Shown here piece by piece: positions 38,101-49,000 of a stretch of DNA of 52,859 nt. The notes under the pieces were generated by a model, which saw only the letters and a list, made by a program, of their open reading frames with translations, was not told the origin of the DNA and ran no database searches. Numbering within the stretch: position 1 is the stretch's first letter; every line of letters begins with the position of its first letter. The translations under genes were made by a program, and so were the position numbers. The stretch comes from Klebsormidium nitens (taxonomy: Eukaryota > Plantae > Klebsormidiophyceae): positions 1 to 52,859 of the forward strand of contig DF237551.1 in assembly GCA_000708835.1 (NCBI GenBank), given 5' to 3'.

Positions 38101-39330
38101 GATGGGTAACTGTTTGCAAAGGTAGACTGGAGAAGGATTGGTCCGAAAGGCAGACGGGTCAGATGCTCGAAGCGTGAAGTTCGGAGGCCAACGTTTAAGT
38201 GCAGAAAGGCCTAGTGGCTGCAAAATCACTGGAAGGTTCCAAGGGTCACTTTACTAGTTGCCAATGCGTTGCGACTCCACTGATTCCGATGCTTTGGCGG
38301 AGGCAACTTGACATGCAACGTGTGAAAGTCCAAACGGGTGCCCCCAATTCGTACATTAATAAAGCTTGCCAGCTTGGGTCCGCTTATAAAATCTGCTGCG
38401 TTAACATCCTGCCCCGCAATAACGTGGATTCTTTCGTGGGTTCCGCAGAAAGGGGATCACCGCAGTCGACAGCGAATCTCAAGAGCCGAGCCAGATTGCC
38501 GCCGCCGAGGGGGCCCCTCCCGAAACGACCAAAACTGAAACGCCTCCTACGATTGCCGCCGCAAGCCCGTCGGAGGGGGGTTCGCGCGGCAGGAAGCCCA
38601 AGGGGGGGACCAAGAGGGCCGCTCCGAGGGGGGGTGCCAAGAGCAAAGCGGCCGAGTCGGTCGAGCCCCCCCCAAAAGCAACAGTGAGTAGCCCGGCGTT
38701 TGATTGGAACGAGACACAGGACGAAAAGGAAGGGGAAGGGGGGGCTACGAAGAAGGATGCAGAAGGGAATGCTAACGAGTCCAAGCCCACGCACGGGGAG
38801 GCGGTTTCGGGAGAGGTAGAGGGGACTGGCGATGGAGAACAAGGCGGAAAGGCGGAGGCGGCGGGGGAAGTGCCGGACCAGAACGAGGATGGGGAGGAAG
38901 ACGAAGACACGAGACCGACGGTAAGCGGCACAAAGCACAGGAACTTGTTTGTTCCAGGCACTGGGGCGAAACAGCGCCAGAGCTGAAATCTGTGTTACGG
39001 AAGGGCCGGCTTCTGGTTTTGTTGTGAGCGATTGTGGATATCTGATGGCGAGGTCGCAGGTCGTGGTAGTGATGACGTCGGGGTTGCGCTGTTGACAATA
39101 CTGCTCTGTTGTTTTTCACGGCATGCTTCGGGATTGGGTACCGAACCTTATTACCAGAGTGCGCATAACTTGATAGTGCGGCCCAGTTCTTGTAATCCTG
39201 TTAGTACGAGCTAAGCGTCCAGGATTTTGTGCGTGTGGATCTCTTTTCTGATTGAATCTTGAGTCTTGACATTGAACTTGCGTTGCTGCCACAGACGACA
39301 GTGCGAAGCCGCAAAAGACGAGTACGATGA
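17155..39330 (+). CDS. PDS5: Sister chromatid cohesion protein PDS5, plant type (HEAT repeats, Tudor domain, K/E-rich tail), ~1715 aa
   Basis: 30 phase-consistent exons: 17155-17259, 18211-18414, 18819-19000, 19485-19611, 20264-20482, 20827-21040, 21563-21708, 22047-22195, 22690-22839, 23272-23320, 23671-23865, 24514-24693, 25121-25272, 25749-25878, 26265-26414, 26928-26981, 27452-27597, 27941-28058, 28525-28659, (start in gap)-29705, 30680-30833, 33750-33917, 34333-34446, 34668-34781, 35198-35299, 35627-35715, 35931-35982, 37201-38033, 38449-38920, 39295-39330. Motifs: HKDKDVKLLAASCISEVLRLCAPDAPY, LESLAKVKSCVMILDL, RLKDYDDKIR, RMRDKKVFVRK, YLLHLLAHHPDFP, and Tudor GKRIRVWWPEDKCYYLGDVTSFNPKKGSHRILYDDGDREELNLAQQRW. 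Confidence 0.95.
19961..20300 (+). repeat. Acceptor + exon-5-start tandem array (2 pseudo-copies plus the true exon)
   Basis: ATCCCTT..CAG|AAC(A/G)A(C/T)AAC..GCGGCT..GCAGCTGG.GCAGG begins at 19981 and 20131; the true exon begins at 20264. Periods are 150 and 133 bp. Confidence 0.9.
20690..20880 (+). repeat. Acceptor + exon-6-start duplication
   Basis: CTCAG|GTGAAGCAACCTGTTGAAAGCGATCG..GCTCTTC at 20700 versus the true CTCAG|GTAGACCAAG..CTGAAAGCGATCG..GATCTTC at 20827 (127 bp apart). Confidence 0.75.
23505..23760 (+). repeat. Acceptor + exon-11-start duplication (in frame)
   Basis: The copy at 23524 encodes ESPTDKELQHRKTAAFRTLSTTFLDPS; the true exon at 23671 encodes ENPTDKETQDRKTAAFRSLSTNFVDPN. 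They are 147 bp apart with no stop between. Confidence 0.92.
24120..24560 (+). repeat. Acceptor + exon-12-start array (up to 3 pseudo-copies)
   Basis: GAGGACGTGCTGAAG..GGTCAGAAGCACGCGCAGCA occurs at 24364 (1-bp deletion) and 24514 (true). Older copies at ~24277 (TAGGACGTGCT-AAGCGGCTGGG) and ~24129 (GAAGAGGTCCTCTGGCGGCTGGGTCAG). Confidence 0.85.
28745..29560 (+). repeat. Acceptor + exon-20-start array (5 pseudo-copies; true start in an assembly gap)
   Basis: (T)TTCC..CAG|GC(C/T)CGTCG begins at 28759, 28904, 29081, 29212 and 29385. Most are preceded by GCTGACG(T/A)CA. A sixth GCTGACGTCA..TTTCC runs into the N gap at 29536. Confidence 0.92.
29536..29555. other. Assembly gap (20 N) covering the start of PDS5 exon 20
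   Basis: N run. The reading frame requires about 65 nt here (acceptor plus ARRYLGEFVELKRREGHAKQ-like codons), so the gap is under-sized. Confidence 0.9.
29640..30040 (+). repeat. Exon-20-end + donor tandem array (true copy plus 2 pseudo-copies downstream)
   Basis: CCGGACTTCCCGGCCGAGGAGGACGCGGG.GACGCGA.CGCG.A..AGAT.TT.CAAAA|GTGAG ends at 29705 (true), 29860 (GT intact) and 30034 (donor G lost). Confidence 0.92.
36270..37260 (+). repeat. ~130-bp acceptor + Tudor-exon-start tandem array in PDS5 intron 27
   Basis: GCGTTTATC(T/A/C)AG|AT(T/C)CTGTA.GACGACGGC..CCGCG.GGAGCT.. copies start at 36679, 36810, 36940 and 37070; the true exon starts at 37201 (periods 131, 130, 130, 131). More decayed copies lie at ~36590, 36398 and ~36279. 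Confidence 0.95.
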
Positions 39331-40329
39331 TATGAAGACACATCAGACAGAGACCAGCGCAAATGGATCTGACGAGGAGTGTTGGGGACAAGGTCAAAGG
39401 TCATATTCCCAAGAATTGCAATTTTTAGCCTTGTTTTCTACACATGCCTTTCCTATGTGATCCCTCTTGCACGTAAAGTTGGATTCCTCTCAGAGCTACG
39501 ATGGACTTTCAAGGTTCAGGGGCCAGAAACAGTAGCGCAAATCGTAGTTTCTTATATAGCTCCGGTACTTGATGGTCCAAAAGCGTGAGTAAATAAAGGT
39601 CAGGAGAGCGTTCTTCTCATGCATGGGCCCTATGTATGTCTCCAGGTAAAGTGACAAGTTTGACTCAACATACGGTTGCCATTTCATTGCTTCATGGAAC
39701 TTGACTGCCAATTTTCAAGTTGCCACACGACATCATTGCAATCGGTCCTAAGCGTGCCGGTGGCTCTTGGGCCCCCAGCCGGGCAACAATGTACAGGATT
39801 TTGCGACAAGCCACAGTTTTGCTGTGTCGGAGTCTGTCACGAGGTGCATCATAAAGACAAAGATGTGTGTGCCATCCAAAATTACAAGCTCGACTCAAAG
39901 CTTTGATACTGGATTGCAGTCTGTTGCGGTCTTAATCTCTAGCATCAACCCAGCCGCAATAGTCTCGTGAAATTTATATATTCGACGGCATAAGCCTACA
40001 TCAATCCACCAATCCAATCGCTGGAATGAGTCGGGGAGGCTCATGCATCTAAAGCCCCTAAAGAGAGGTTGATGTCAAGTTCCATGATGTATAGGTACTT
40101 TGCCTCCTAGATTAGCTGACTAACATTGTTATTAGCAACGTTGCCAAGAGGTACCTCCTCTTAGTTCTTGGCTCCTGTGATCTTCTCAAGAGACCGCCAC
40201 TTACCTACCTAAACATTCGACGGACTACGCTTGCTCAGTGCACTCATTCGTTTCGACTCAGGGATCATCAAACTTTAATAAGGCCTGCACATCTATAGGC
40301 ACTCCATGGACTCCACGACTACAGACGAT

Positions 40330-41045
40330 GAAGTTACGGTATAGGTACTAATACCTATTCCCTTGCTTCAAGTAGCTGCCGGTTTAATACTTAGTGCCCA
40401 TACAGGTATACCTATTACCGTATAGGTACCTGGCTACGGTACCACCGATTCAACAACACTAAACCTGTATGGACATGACACTAGTGATAATCAAATGTGG
40501 TCGGCGGAGATTTCGATGTAGGCGGTACCTATAGAGGTATGGGGTAGGTATGGGGAATACGGTTGGTATCCTTGTAGATAGGTACCGTAGTACCTGCCGG
40601 TAGGTACCTAGGCCAAGGGACCAGCTGCTGAGGATTGCCGCCAATGTGCATGCGTACCTAGTACCCTGCCTAGTACATACGGTCTAGGTACTGCGAAGTG
40701 CGGTACCTACCTACCTATTGCAGTGCACTGGGTGCAGAATCTCGATAGCGCTAGCCTGTAGGGATCCTGGTGTCAGGACTCAGGATGCTGGTACGGTAGC
40801 CTGTAGGTGACGCAGTATGAACTTTTTCCGAACCGTATGACTGTCGACGCCTGAGCACCAGCACAACCGAGTGACTTTGGTGGGGTTAGGTTGGGGGGTT
40901 AGGGTGGGTGTGGGTTAGGGTCTCGCATGAATGTAGCTTAGGTTTAGTGTTTGTTAGCATCCCCGGTAGTTGAATTTCCCCGGGAGAAATATGTACCGTG
41001 AGGTATGGTACCATCCACTCCGTTGGGCCCTACGGTACCTACCAT
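40330..41045. repeat. TACC(G)TA / TA(C)GGTA-rich tract (putative transposon excision footprints)
   Basis: About 21 TACCGTA/TACGGTA/TACCTA/TAGGTA motifs by manual count. Examples: 40335-40341, 40342-40347, 40352-40357. Confidence 0.7.
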
Positions 41046-41079
41046 GTGCCCCGACGTTTCATCGGTTCGGAAAAAGTTC
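40819..41079. mobile_element. Degenerate inverted-repeat element (MITE-like) containing telomere-like repeats
   Basis: Perfect 17-bp IR GAACTTTTTCCGAACCG (40819-40835) / CGGTTCGGAAAAAGTTC (41063-41079). Internal GGGTTAGG-like motifs at 40882-40920. No clear TSD. Confidence 0.5.
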
Positions 41080-41106
41080 GGCCACTATGTGCCTCTTGCC
41101 GCAGTA

Positions 41107-41672
41107 CCGTAGTGGCACGACCCATTCACCCTGAAATTAATTATTTTGGGCTTGTGTGAAAAAAATAATTAATTCTGAACAGCTTGTGTGAAACTGCGAA
41201 ACTAAAAGATCCGGGTTAGTTGATTGGTTACGTCTGTTTTGGGTGGTTAATCACCTGATTCTGTAGGGTTATATTGCTGGATCGAAATGAAATAAATCCT
41301 CTTGAGCTTGGTGTGAAAAAAAATACCGTAGTCCAACGTGATGATTCCGAACGATTTTATTTCGAATTTATTTACAACAATCCGACCAGGAAAGTGGAAT
41401 TATTTCTGCTGATTCCGACAAGAATCCGAATGCCCTATGGTCCCACTTAGAAGGGGAGTTTTTGGTTGTTTTTGGCAGTTTTCCGGCTTCCGAGGACCAT
41501 TTCAAGATTATTTTAACTTTCCGAAATTTCACTTTCCGAATGCTAAATCCGAATTTCTGACTTTCCGAACGCAAATAATTCTTTATTTATTCGGAATCAT
41601 CACGTTGGACTACGGTAAGTGAAAAAAATAATGTTCGCAGAGAGGGGTCGCGAATGGGTCGTGCCACTACGG
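41107..41672. mobile_element. Tc1/mariner-type MITE (outer), 566 bp
   Basis: Perfect 21-bp TIR CCGTAGTGGCACGACCCATTC (41107-41127 / 41652-41672), flanked by TA on both sides (41105-41106, 41673-41674). AT-rich non-coding interior with GTGTGAAAAAAA repeats. Confidence 0.9.
41326..41615. mobile_element. Tc1/mariner-type MITE (inner, nested), 290 bp
   Basis: Perfect 26-bp TIR CCGTAGTCCAACGTGATGATTCCGAA (41326-41351 / 41590-41615), TA on both sides (41324-41325, 41616-41617). About nine TCCGA motifs in total. Confidence 0.92.
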
Positions 41673-41930
41673 TATCAGGTCACTGTAACAAAAGGCCTGT
41701 ATTTTATGTGCGGCGCAAAGAAACATTCAAAGATTTTCCCGTGATTCTCGGGATTTCTGCAGGCTCAAACCATGTAATGATGATGGAACCAAGTCTGGTA
41801 CCGGAAGGTTACATTGTGTACACTGTGTACATTGTGTACTCATTATCCACCAGTCAAAACACCTTTAAACAGCCACGTGGATAACATGTGTAAACCGAGC
41901 AGCAGAAGGCGTTACCTATGTCGTGTACCG

Positions 41931-42359
41931 NNNNNNNNNNNNNNNNNNNNNNNNNNNNNNNNNNNNNNNNNNNNNNNNNNNNNNNNNNNNNNNNNNNNNN
42001 NNNNNNNNNNNNNNNNNNNNNNNNNNNNNNNNNNNNNNNNNNNNNNNNNNNNNNNNNNNNNNNNNNNNNNNNNNNNNNNNNNNNNNNNNNNNNNNNNNNN
42101 NNNNNNNNNNNNNNNNNNNNNNNNNNNNNNNNNNNNNNNNNNNNNNNNNNNNNNNNNNNNNNNNNNNNNNNNNNNNNNNNNNNNNNNNNNNNNNNNNNNN
42201 NNNNNNNNNNNNNNNNNNNNNNNNNNNNNNNNNNNNNNNNNNNNNNNNNNNNNNNNNNNNNNNNNNNNNNNNNNNNNNNNNNNNNNNNNNNNNNNNNNNN
42301 NNNNNNNNNNNNNNNNNNNNNNNNNNNNNNNNNNNNNNNNNNNNNNNNNNNNNNNNNNN
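41931..42359. other. Assembly gap (429 N)
   Basis: N run. AAGGCGTTACC occurs on both sides (41906-41916, 42360-42370). Confidence 0.95.
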
Positions 42360-42414
42360 AAGGCGTTACCGGTCAAAGCTGCTGATGTCAACAAGTCAGA
42401 ACTGACCTTATAAG

Positions 42415-42600
42415 GTATAAGCGTATACCCTAGGTAGGTTAACATTGAGGTAGGTACCTAGGTCACCCAGTACCTACCCGCAGCTGTTGCTGCGTGTAGG
42501 TACGTGCGGGTTACGGTAGGTACCTATCCAAGGCACCGTACCTACCTTACGGTTTACCCTTTCAAGGTACGGTACCGGTACCTGTACCGTACCGGTACTC
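42415..42600. repeat. Second GTAC/TACC(G)TA-rich tract
   Basis: About 11 TAGGTA/TACCTA/TACGGTA/TACCGTA motifs plus TACCGGTA in ~185 bp. Confidence 0.7.
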
Positions 42601-43080
42601 TCAAAAGCGCGAGTTCGGACCGATCGGGAGTCAGGACTCGGGAATCGGAACGAGGAGGTTGAAGCACAGAGTGCACTGCATCCTCACTCACGGAAGTGTG
42701 CCTGGCACACGTACGGGAGCGCGCACCTGCTTTCTTCCTCTGCTCAAGCTTCGTCACCGTCACGAAAGCGCGAACTGCACGCTAGCTGCAAAACGCCGAG
42801 GTCTAGAATAGAAAGATGCTCTAGGCTCTAGCTAGCTGCTGGCGAGGCATCATCATGCTCAGGGCCGTTTCTTTACCTAGTGATGTCAGTCTGGGAGCTG
42901 GTTTGAATTCGGGCGAGCTTGGAGTGGAAGTACCTACTGCCAACCCTGCCACCGTGGCCAAATGGGGCATACCAAGAAGCGTGCTCATTCTTATGGCGGA
43001 TTGGCTTAGGGAGAGTGTGTGCAGGTTTCTGCTTGTGCTTTCAGTAGCTCGAGGGATGCCGCCGTATCCGTGAGGTTAGG

Positions 43081-46000
43081 ATGGAGAAGGAGACTGAGCT
43101 CAGGAAGGTTGGCAGTTCTGAGTCTCTGCTGAGAATCCACGAGCAAGCGACGGGACTGGAGAGCAGCGGTGCATTCAAGCACCATTTCCAGCAAGGGGGC
43201 TTCTTCTCGGACCATTCTCAGCAGCGGATGCTTGATCCTGTCTTGGGAACGTCACATTCAATGCCCGTGGACATGAGCCGTCTGCAGGGATTCCAGCAGG
43301 GGCGGTTGCAGTATGAGGGGGGGTATGCAGAGAGTCTCGGTGGCTCTGAGAGTGCCAGCGTGCAAGGGACAGAGTTGCTGCGAGGGGGCGATCAAGGGCC
43401 GCTTCTCTCTCAGCACAATCTGCAGCATCAGATTCAGCAGAGGCTGGAGCAGGAGCATTTGGACAGGACGGCGATACAACTAGAGGCGCAGCAGCGGTTG
43501 CTGGATCAGCAGCAGGACTTCCTCGACCAGCAGCAGCGGCTCCTCGTAGCTGTTCAGCAGCAGCAGCAGCAGCAGCCGAGTGTGCCAATGCAAACAGCTT
43601 TGCAGATGCAACAGCAGGCTCAGCAGAACATTCAGCAGTTGCAACAGAGCCAGGCTCAGCAGAGCCAGGAGCAGGGCCAGGCTCTAATGCATCAGTTGCA
43701 TCAGCAGCAAGTGCTCAGTCAGCAGCAGCCAATGGCCATTCCAGCGCCGCTGAGTCAGCTGCCTCTGCAGAGCTCTGTCTTACAGGGGCAAAGTGCACTG
43801 CAGGACGCAAGTAGGCTGAGGTCATATGAGAGCACTTCGGAACAGGTCGCTACGAGCGAGGAGGCGGCGCCCTCTCTTGTGACGCAGCCTGGTCAAGTCT
43901 TTGGCAGTGGGACCATCAAGCAGATTGTGTATGATAGCTTATGTGCTGGGAACAAAAACGAGAGCCCCGTAACGTTTGTCAACAGTCAGGGGGGGCAGAT
44001 TACCATCCTGAACAATGCAACCAAGGGATCATCTACTGGCGTCCCTGGTAAGGAACAAACAGAGCTCACATGCTTCAAACTGCAGAGATGTAGCTATCCG
44101 CCGAAGGGCTTGAAGTGACTCATTCTTGGTCCTGTGAATAGAGATGTTAAAGGTCAGTCTTATTGTATTGGAGAACAGTTTTGTCCAACCCAGTTTTTCA
44201 TGATGAAGCTCTCCACTCAACCGTTCTGTCGCAAGCCCTTCTTTTTGAAGGAGGAATACGGAATTGCTCGCTGTTGTGGTTATGTGAGAGGTCAACTGGT
44301 TGCCATGTCACTGATTTGAAGGGCATCTGCTGTGAGAAATGTTGATTGCAAGGAACTGACCTCTTTGCATTTTTTCTTTGGATTGTCACAAGTACTTTTA
44401 CACTTTTGGTTCCATTTTGGTTCCTGCTGCTTTGGTAGCTGATCTGCCACATGTAAAGAAGTCACTGTCAGTTCCTGCAACGGCACAGATTGTGTGCCTT
44501 GAGCCTTTTCAAAGGATTCTTGGAACATGCGAAATGCCCTGTTGAGTACATATGGAGACGGTGGAGATGACCTCTTCAGTTTAAGCTGAACGTGATTGTA
44601 CTCTCTATTCAAGTCGTGTTACTACTCTTCAAAGATGATTCCGTGGTACTTGGAGGTCACTTTGACGTTTCACCCCTTGCATAGTGTTCTGTCTATTTTG
44701 AGGAAGCACATAATCCTAGTCGTTGCACTGCGAATTGTTCTGAAATAAGCAGTTTGGGGAGCATATTTCGCAGTGCGCCATCTCCTTCCTGGAAGCTTTT
44801 CAGAAGATCACTTGCCTGGCAGCAGTGTCAATCAGCTGAGGAATTTGCCAGTCTCGTTGAGCACTACCGTTGTTGAAAGCCCTCGAGACGTTCCCCCCCG
44901 CCCTTGCTTGTTAAGGCCTTACAAATTCGCTCTCCTCTGTCCTTCTGGCGTTGTCAGATCATGCTTTCGCACCCTTTCAAAATTGACCTAAACCTGTTAC
45001 ATCTATCTTTTGAAGAGGCTTCACGTTGCATTAAGAGCAACTTTTAGCTCATCCATTTACAGCCTTGTTCACTTCGCTCCGCCTCCCCTCTTTCCCAAGC
45101 AGAATAAGAACCACACAACGTCATGAGCTCTTCGACATGGCTCAAAAGACTTGTCTTGTATCCAGGTACGGTCGTTACAATCGATGGGAAGCGCCACTTC
45201 TTTCCCAGCGACCCCGTACCTTCTGCAACCGCTGACCTCGGCGACACCTCAGCACTCAGCAGGTTAAACCGATCTCCCGAAGTGGCAAGGGCTCAGAACA
45301 CAAGGGAAGAGGAAGAGGGGCAGAGCCACCACAGCAGGGACGGGTCTCAGGGCGGCGCGGCGCCCCCCCCTGACGGGGACGCTTTACCTGCCCTGAGCTG
45401 CAGCTTGAGCGAAGTGCAAGGGAGTCAGGGCTCGCACTTGAGGAACCGGCCGGACACAAGTCAAAGCCAACATCAGGTCAGACCAATGAACATCCATGAA
45501 TGCTGGAATGCTCTCACAAATGTCCTTTCTGCAGTGAGATTTGCCTTTGAAATGCTGTCACAAGGGGTAAGCTCCCATGCCTCACTAGCAAAACCAGTCT
45601 GCTCCATCTGCAATTGGAGTTGCCTTGAGGTTGCTCAAGCATTCCGTCGAGCTTTCGCTGCGTGCGACCAAGTTTCTGACACTACCTTCAGATTGCGGGA
45701 AGCAATTGTACAGATCTGAGCCATCTTTATGTTTTCAACAAGTTCGGCGTGGAGATTCCATGGTTCTTTGTTCCTCTCCTTCAGAGTCTGCCTGTTGTCT
45801 CTCAGGGGGACCACGATGCGGGAAACAGTTTGGCGGAGGCGACATCGAGGGCGAATGTGGCTCTAAATGCAGCGCAGCTGGAGGGGGTTCTGTCGCAGCA
45901 GGGGGAAGCAGCCAGGTGAGTTGCTCATCTGGGGCGTACCTCTTGTTGGCTGAGATCCAATGTTGGCTGACATCGTGCCTGGTTCAGGATCAGGGAATGA

Positions 46001-49000
46001 AAGGGTTTCAGTAACTTTTCCTTGTGACTCAGCGCATGTCTCCAAGTACGGCCGTCGTGTGCATGTTCCAAATGACCCTCAAAACTTGGAGAAAGCCCCT
46101 CCTTTTGGTCCTCGTGGCTGGATTTTGCATCTCTCGATCATCGGCACTCTGGACCTGATCTGAGATCTACTAGGTACTGTTGGATGATGTCAGGCCGTTG
46201 CTGTGGTTCTCAAGACGTAATGAACTGCCCCTTCTGTTCATGTTGGCGTAATTCAAGTCTGAGCTATTGGTCAAGCCCTACTAGGAGTGGTAGGATCCAG
46301 AGTTCGCCAAATGTAGGCCTTGTGACATCGGCCATGCTTAGTTGGCTTTAGAGCAGATAATGTCCAGGAAGTAGACCGGACAAGGTTGTTTTGTAGTCCC
46401 TTCAAGACGCATTCTCCGCTTGAATCAAGTACAAGGTCTTCAAAGGACCTTAATGCACCTGACGGCAGGCGTGTAACTGGGGGTTTGGGCTGATCTGACC
46501 TCATCTCGGCTGATCTCGTATAATGTGATTCACAGTGTGTTTTTCTTTTCATGCAGAGGAAGAATGTATGCAACACCGGTGTCCCAGCAACGGCACCGCT
46601 CGCCCAGCCCAGTCCCAAGCGGCCAGTTGATGCCTGCGTCCGCCCTCCTAGCAGCAAACCAGATGCAATATGGGGCTTCCTTGGGGGAGGCACTGGCCCA
46701 AGGAGGTCACGCTCCTACCTTTTCAGATCCAAACAGCGAAGGTATGCAGTTATGTTTTTTGTTCTGCTTTGTCCTGCTCGACTTCGCTGTGTTGAAGCAA
46801 AAGATCCTCTTCTTGGATCAGCTTGGAGATTTGTCTTCACGCGAAGAACACAGACTAGATTGACTTAACACGATCCTTACCCCCTTCCCCTCACGTATGT
46901 CGGATAGCGAACAGTCTGCTGACACCTTTTGTTAAACGACTGCACTTGAAGCCCCATCAAGCTCAAGCACAAGTTTCACATACCTAATTGAAGAAACCAA
47001 GCCACAGATCGGTCAACGATGGCATTGTTAAAGTTCTGGAGAAAGGATAAACAAACGCAATGCACTTAAGAAGCAACCCCTGTTTCTTATGCAGAAGGAT
47101 GCTCGCTTCGGATGAGAAAGGTTTGCCAGGCGCCAGCCTCTACTTGCCCATGTCAATGCGCTCCTACTGGTCACACCCACTTGCGGTTCAGCTCGCCATA
47201 ACCTCTTCTGACACGAACCTTGTTGACCTGCAGGGACGAATTCGTGGCAAGGGTACACAGCTGACGGCAAACTTTTCCAAGCTCCCCAGGTGGCGCCTCT
47301 CGTTGCCCCCTCCCACTTTCAGGGGGGCTTCTCAGACCCAGGCTCCATTCCAAGTGGTCCCCCCCTCATCCGGCACCCCTCTCAGCAGAACCTCCCCTCG
47401 CGGCCCAGCACGCCAGTCGCAATCCTTTCGTCTGATGGGACGGTTACGGTGACCCTCAACGGGTATACCAGCCAGGCGATCCCGGTGATCACCCCCGATG
47501 GCCAGTCTGCGCAGTTACTGTCCCAGGGGCAAGCTCCGCAACCCACTGCTCTTGCTCAGATGCTCCAGTACCAGTCGCAGCCCCCTGTGAATCAGCACTT
47601 TCAACCGCAGCAGCAGGCCCAAGTCAGCCAGCAATACACCCAGCAACAGCCCCCCAACAGTCAGCAGTCTGCTCAGCCCCAGGTCAACCCACAATTTGCG
47701 CAACAGCAGCAGAGCGGGCAAAGTGTCCAATACACTCAGGTGGGGGGGCAGAGCGTTCAAATGAGCCAGAATGTACAGATCCTCCAGGTGTCCAACCCCC
47801 AGGAGGGGGTGCAACTTCTGGGGGGGGGGCCTCAGTACGTGCAGCTGCCTCAAGGAGGGGGGTATCAGGTGGCGAACGTGCAGCAGGGGTACGCACTTGT
47901 CGGGCAGGGCCTGACAGCTGTCACTTCGGGGCAGCAAGCAGGTCTTGGGGGTCAGATGGGTCCTGGAGCTCAGATGGGCCAGCCTGGCGGGGCTCAGGAG
48001 GTGCTGTATGTCCAGGCTCAGCCAGGACAGCTGTCTCCTCGGGTAAGTGCTGCCACTTCATGTCGATTGTGTGTGATGGCATGGTCCTTTCTGTAACCAC
48101 TGGACAAGCTTCAAGAGCTACATTTCATCCAATTTACCAGGGAGGGACAAAAGCCAGCCCCGCTGTTGGCACAGCTTACGAGAAGAGCAGGAACTTCTAT
48201 CTGTCAGTTTGCATGCGCCCAATTGACCGTCTGCTTTGATATCGATTGAGCTCATGTCTCCACAATCCTGAGTCTTTTTTTTGCAGAGTGTCTGGGGGCC
48301 TGTCTAATGGATCTTCTTTCTGGTACGATGCCCAGCTCCTGACTGGTATACGTTTGTTCTTTGTCTGCAGCGGACGCTTCCCCAGCAAGTCGAGCAGCTG
48401 CATTCCTCAGACAGCCTCACTTTCACTAACCAGCGAGGCTCTCCTTTCCAACCGCAGCAGGCCACCATGCTACAGCCCGCTCAATTAGCGCCTGCTGCGA
48501 CCAATACCCCTCCCGTATACCAGCAGCTTAGCGCAGCCCCGCAGTTGCTGCACCGGTCTCTTTCGGCGGGCGGCCAGCTATACACCCAATCGCAGCTCTC
48601 AGGGGGAGCGCAGCTGCTTCAAACCCCCCCCCCCCAGTATCAGTACCAGTACGATCAAGAGGCGCAGCAGTTCGTAATAGATCAGCACCAGCTTGCCGGC
48701 ATGCGGCCGCAGGCGGTGCACCAGCAGGGGCCGGGCAATGGCATGCTGCCACCTGGCGGGAGCGGTCACCAGCTGTTGCAGAGCGGGGGCCACCAGCTCG
48801 TCCAGGGTTCGTTTTACCAGGACCCCGCAGCAGGGCCGGCAGGCCAGCAGACGGTGCACTACGCAGAGTCGAACGCCCAGCAACCGGCGTTCCTCCCACG
48901 GCCTGCCTCGACCCCCGCTCTCCAGCACACTATGTCGCTGCAAGCGCCCCCCAGGCAGAGCCAGGCCCAAGACTCTTTCACTGGCGGAGGCGCCCAATCA

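Noticed and set aside
39496-39906. Minus-strand ORFs downstream of PDS5
   Set aside because: No recognisable motifs or splice structure; overlaps the likely PDS5 3'UTR.
41814-42445. ORFs spanning the N run
   Set aside because: Artefacts of translating ambiguous bases.
44773-44991. Phase-compatible acceptor and ORF within intron 1 of the Q-rich gene
   Set aside because: No suitable donor before the in-frame stop.
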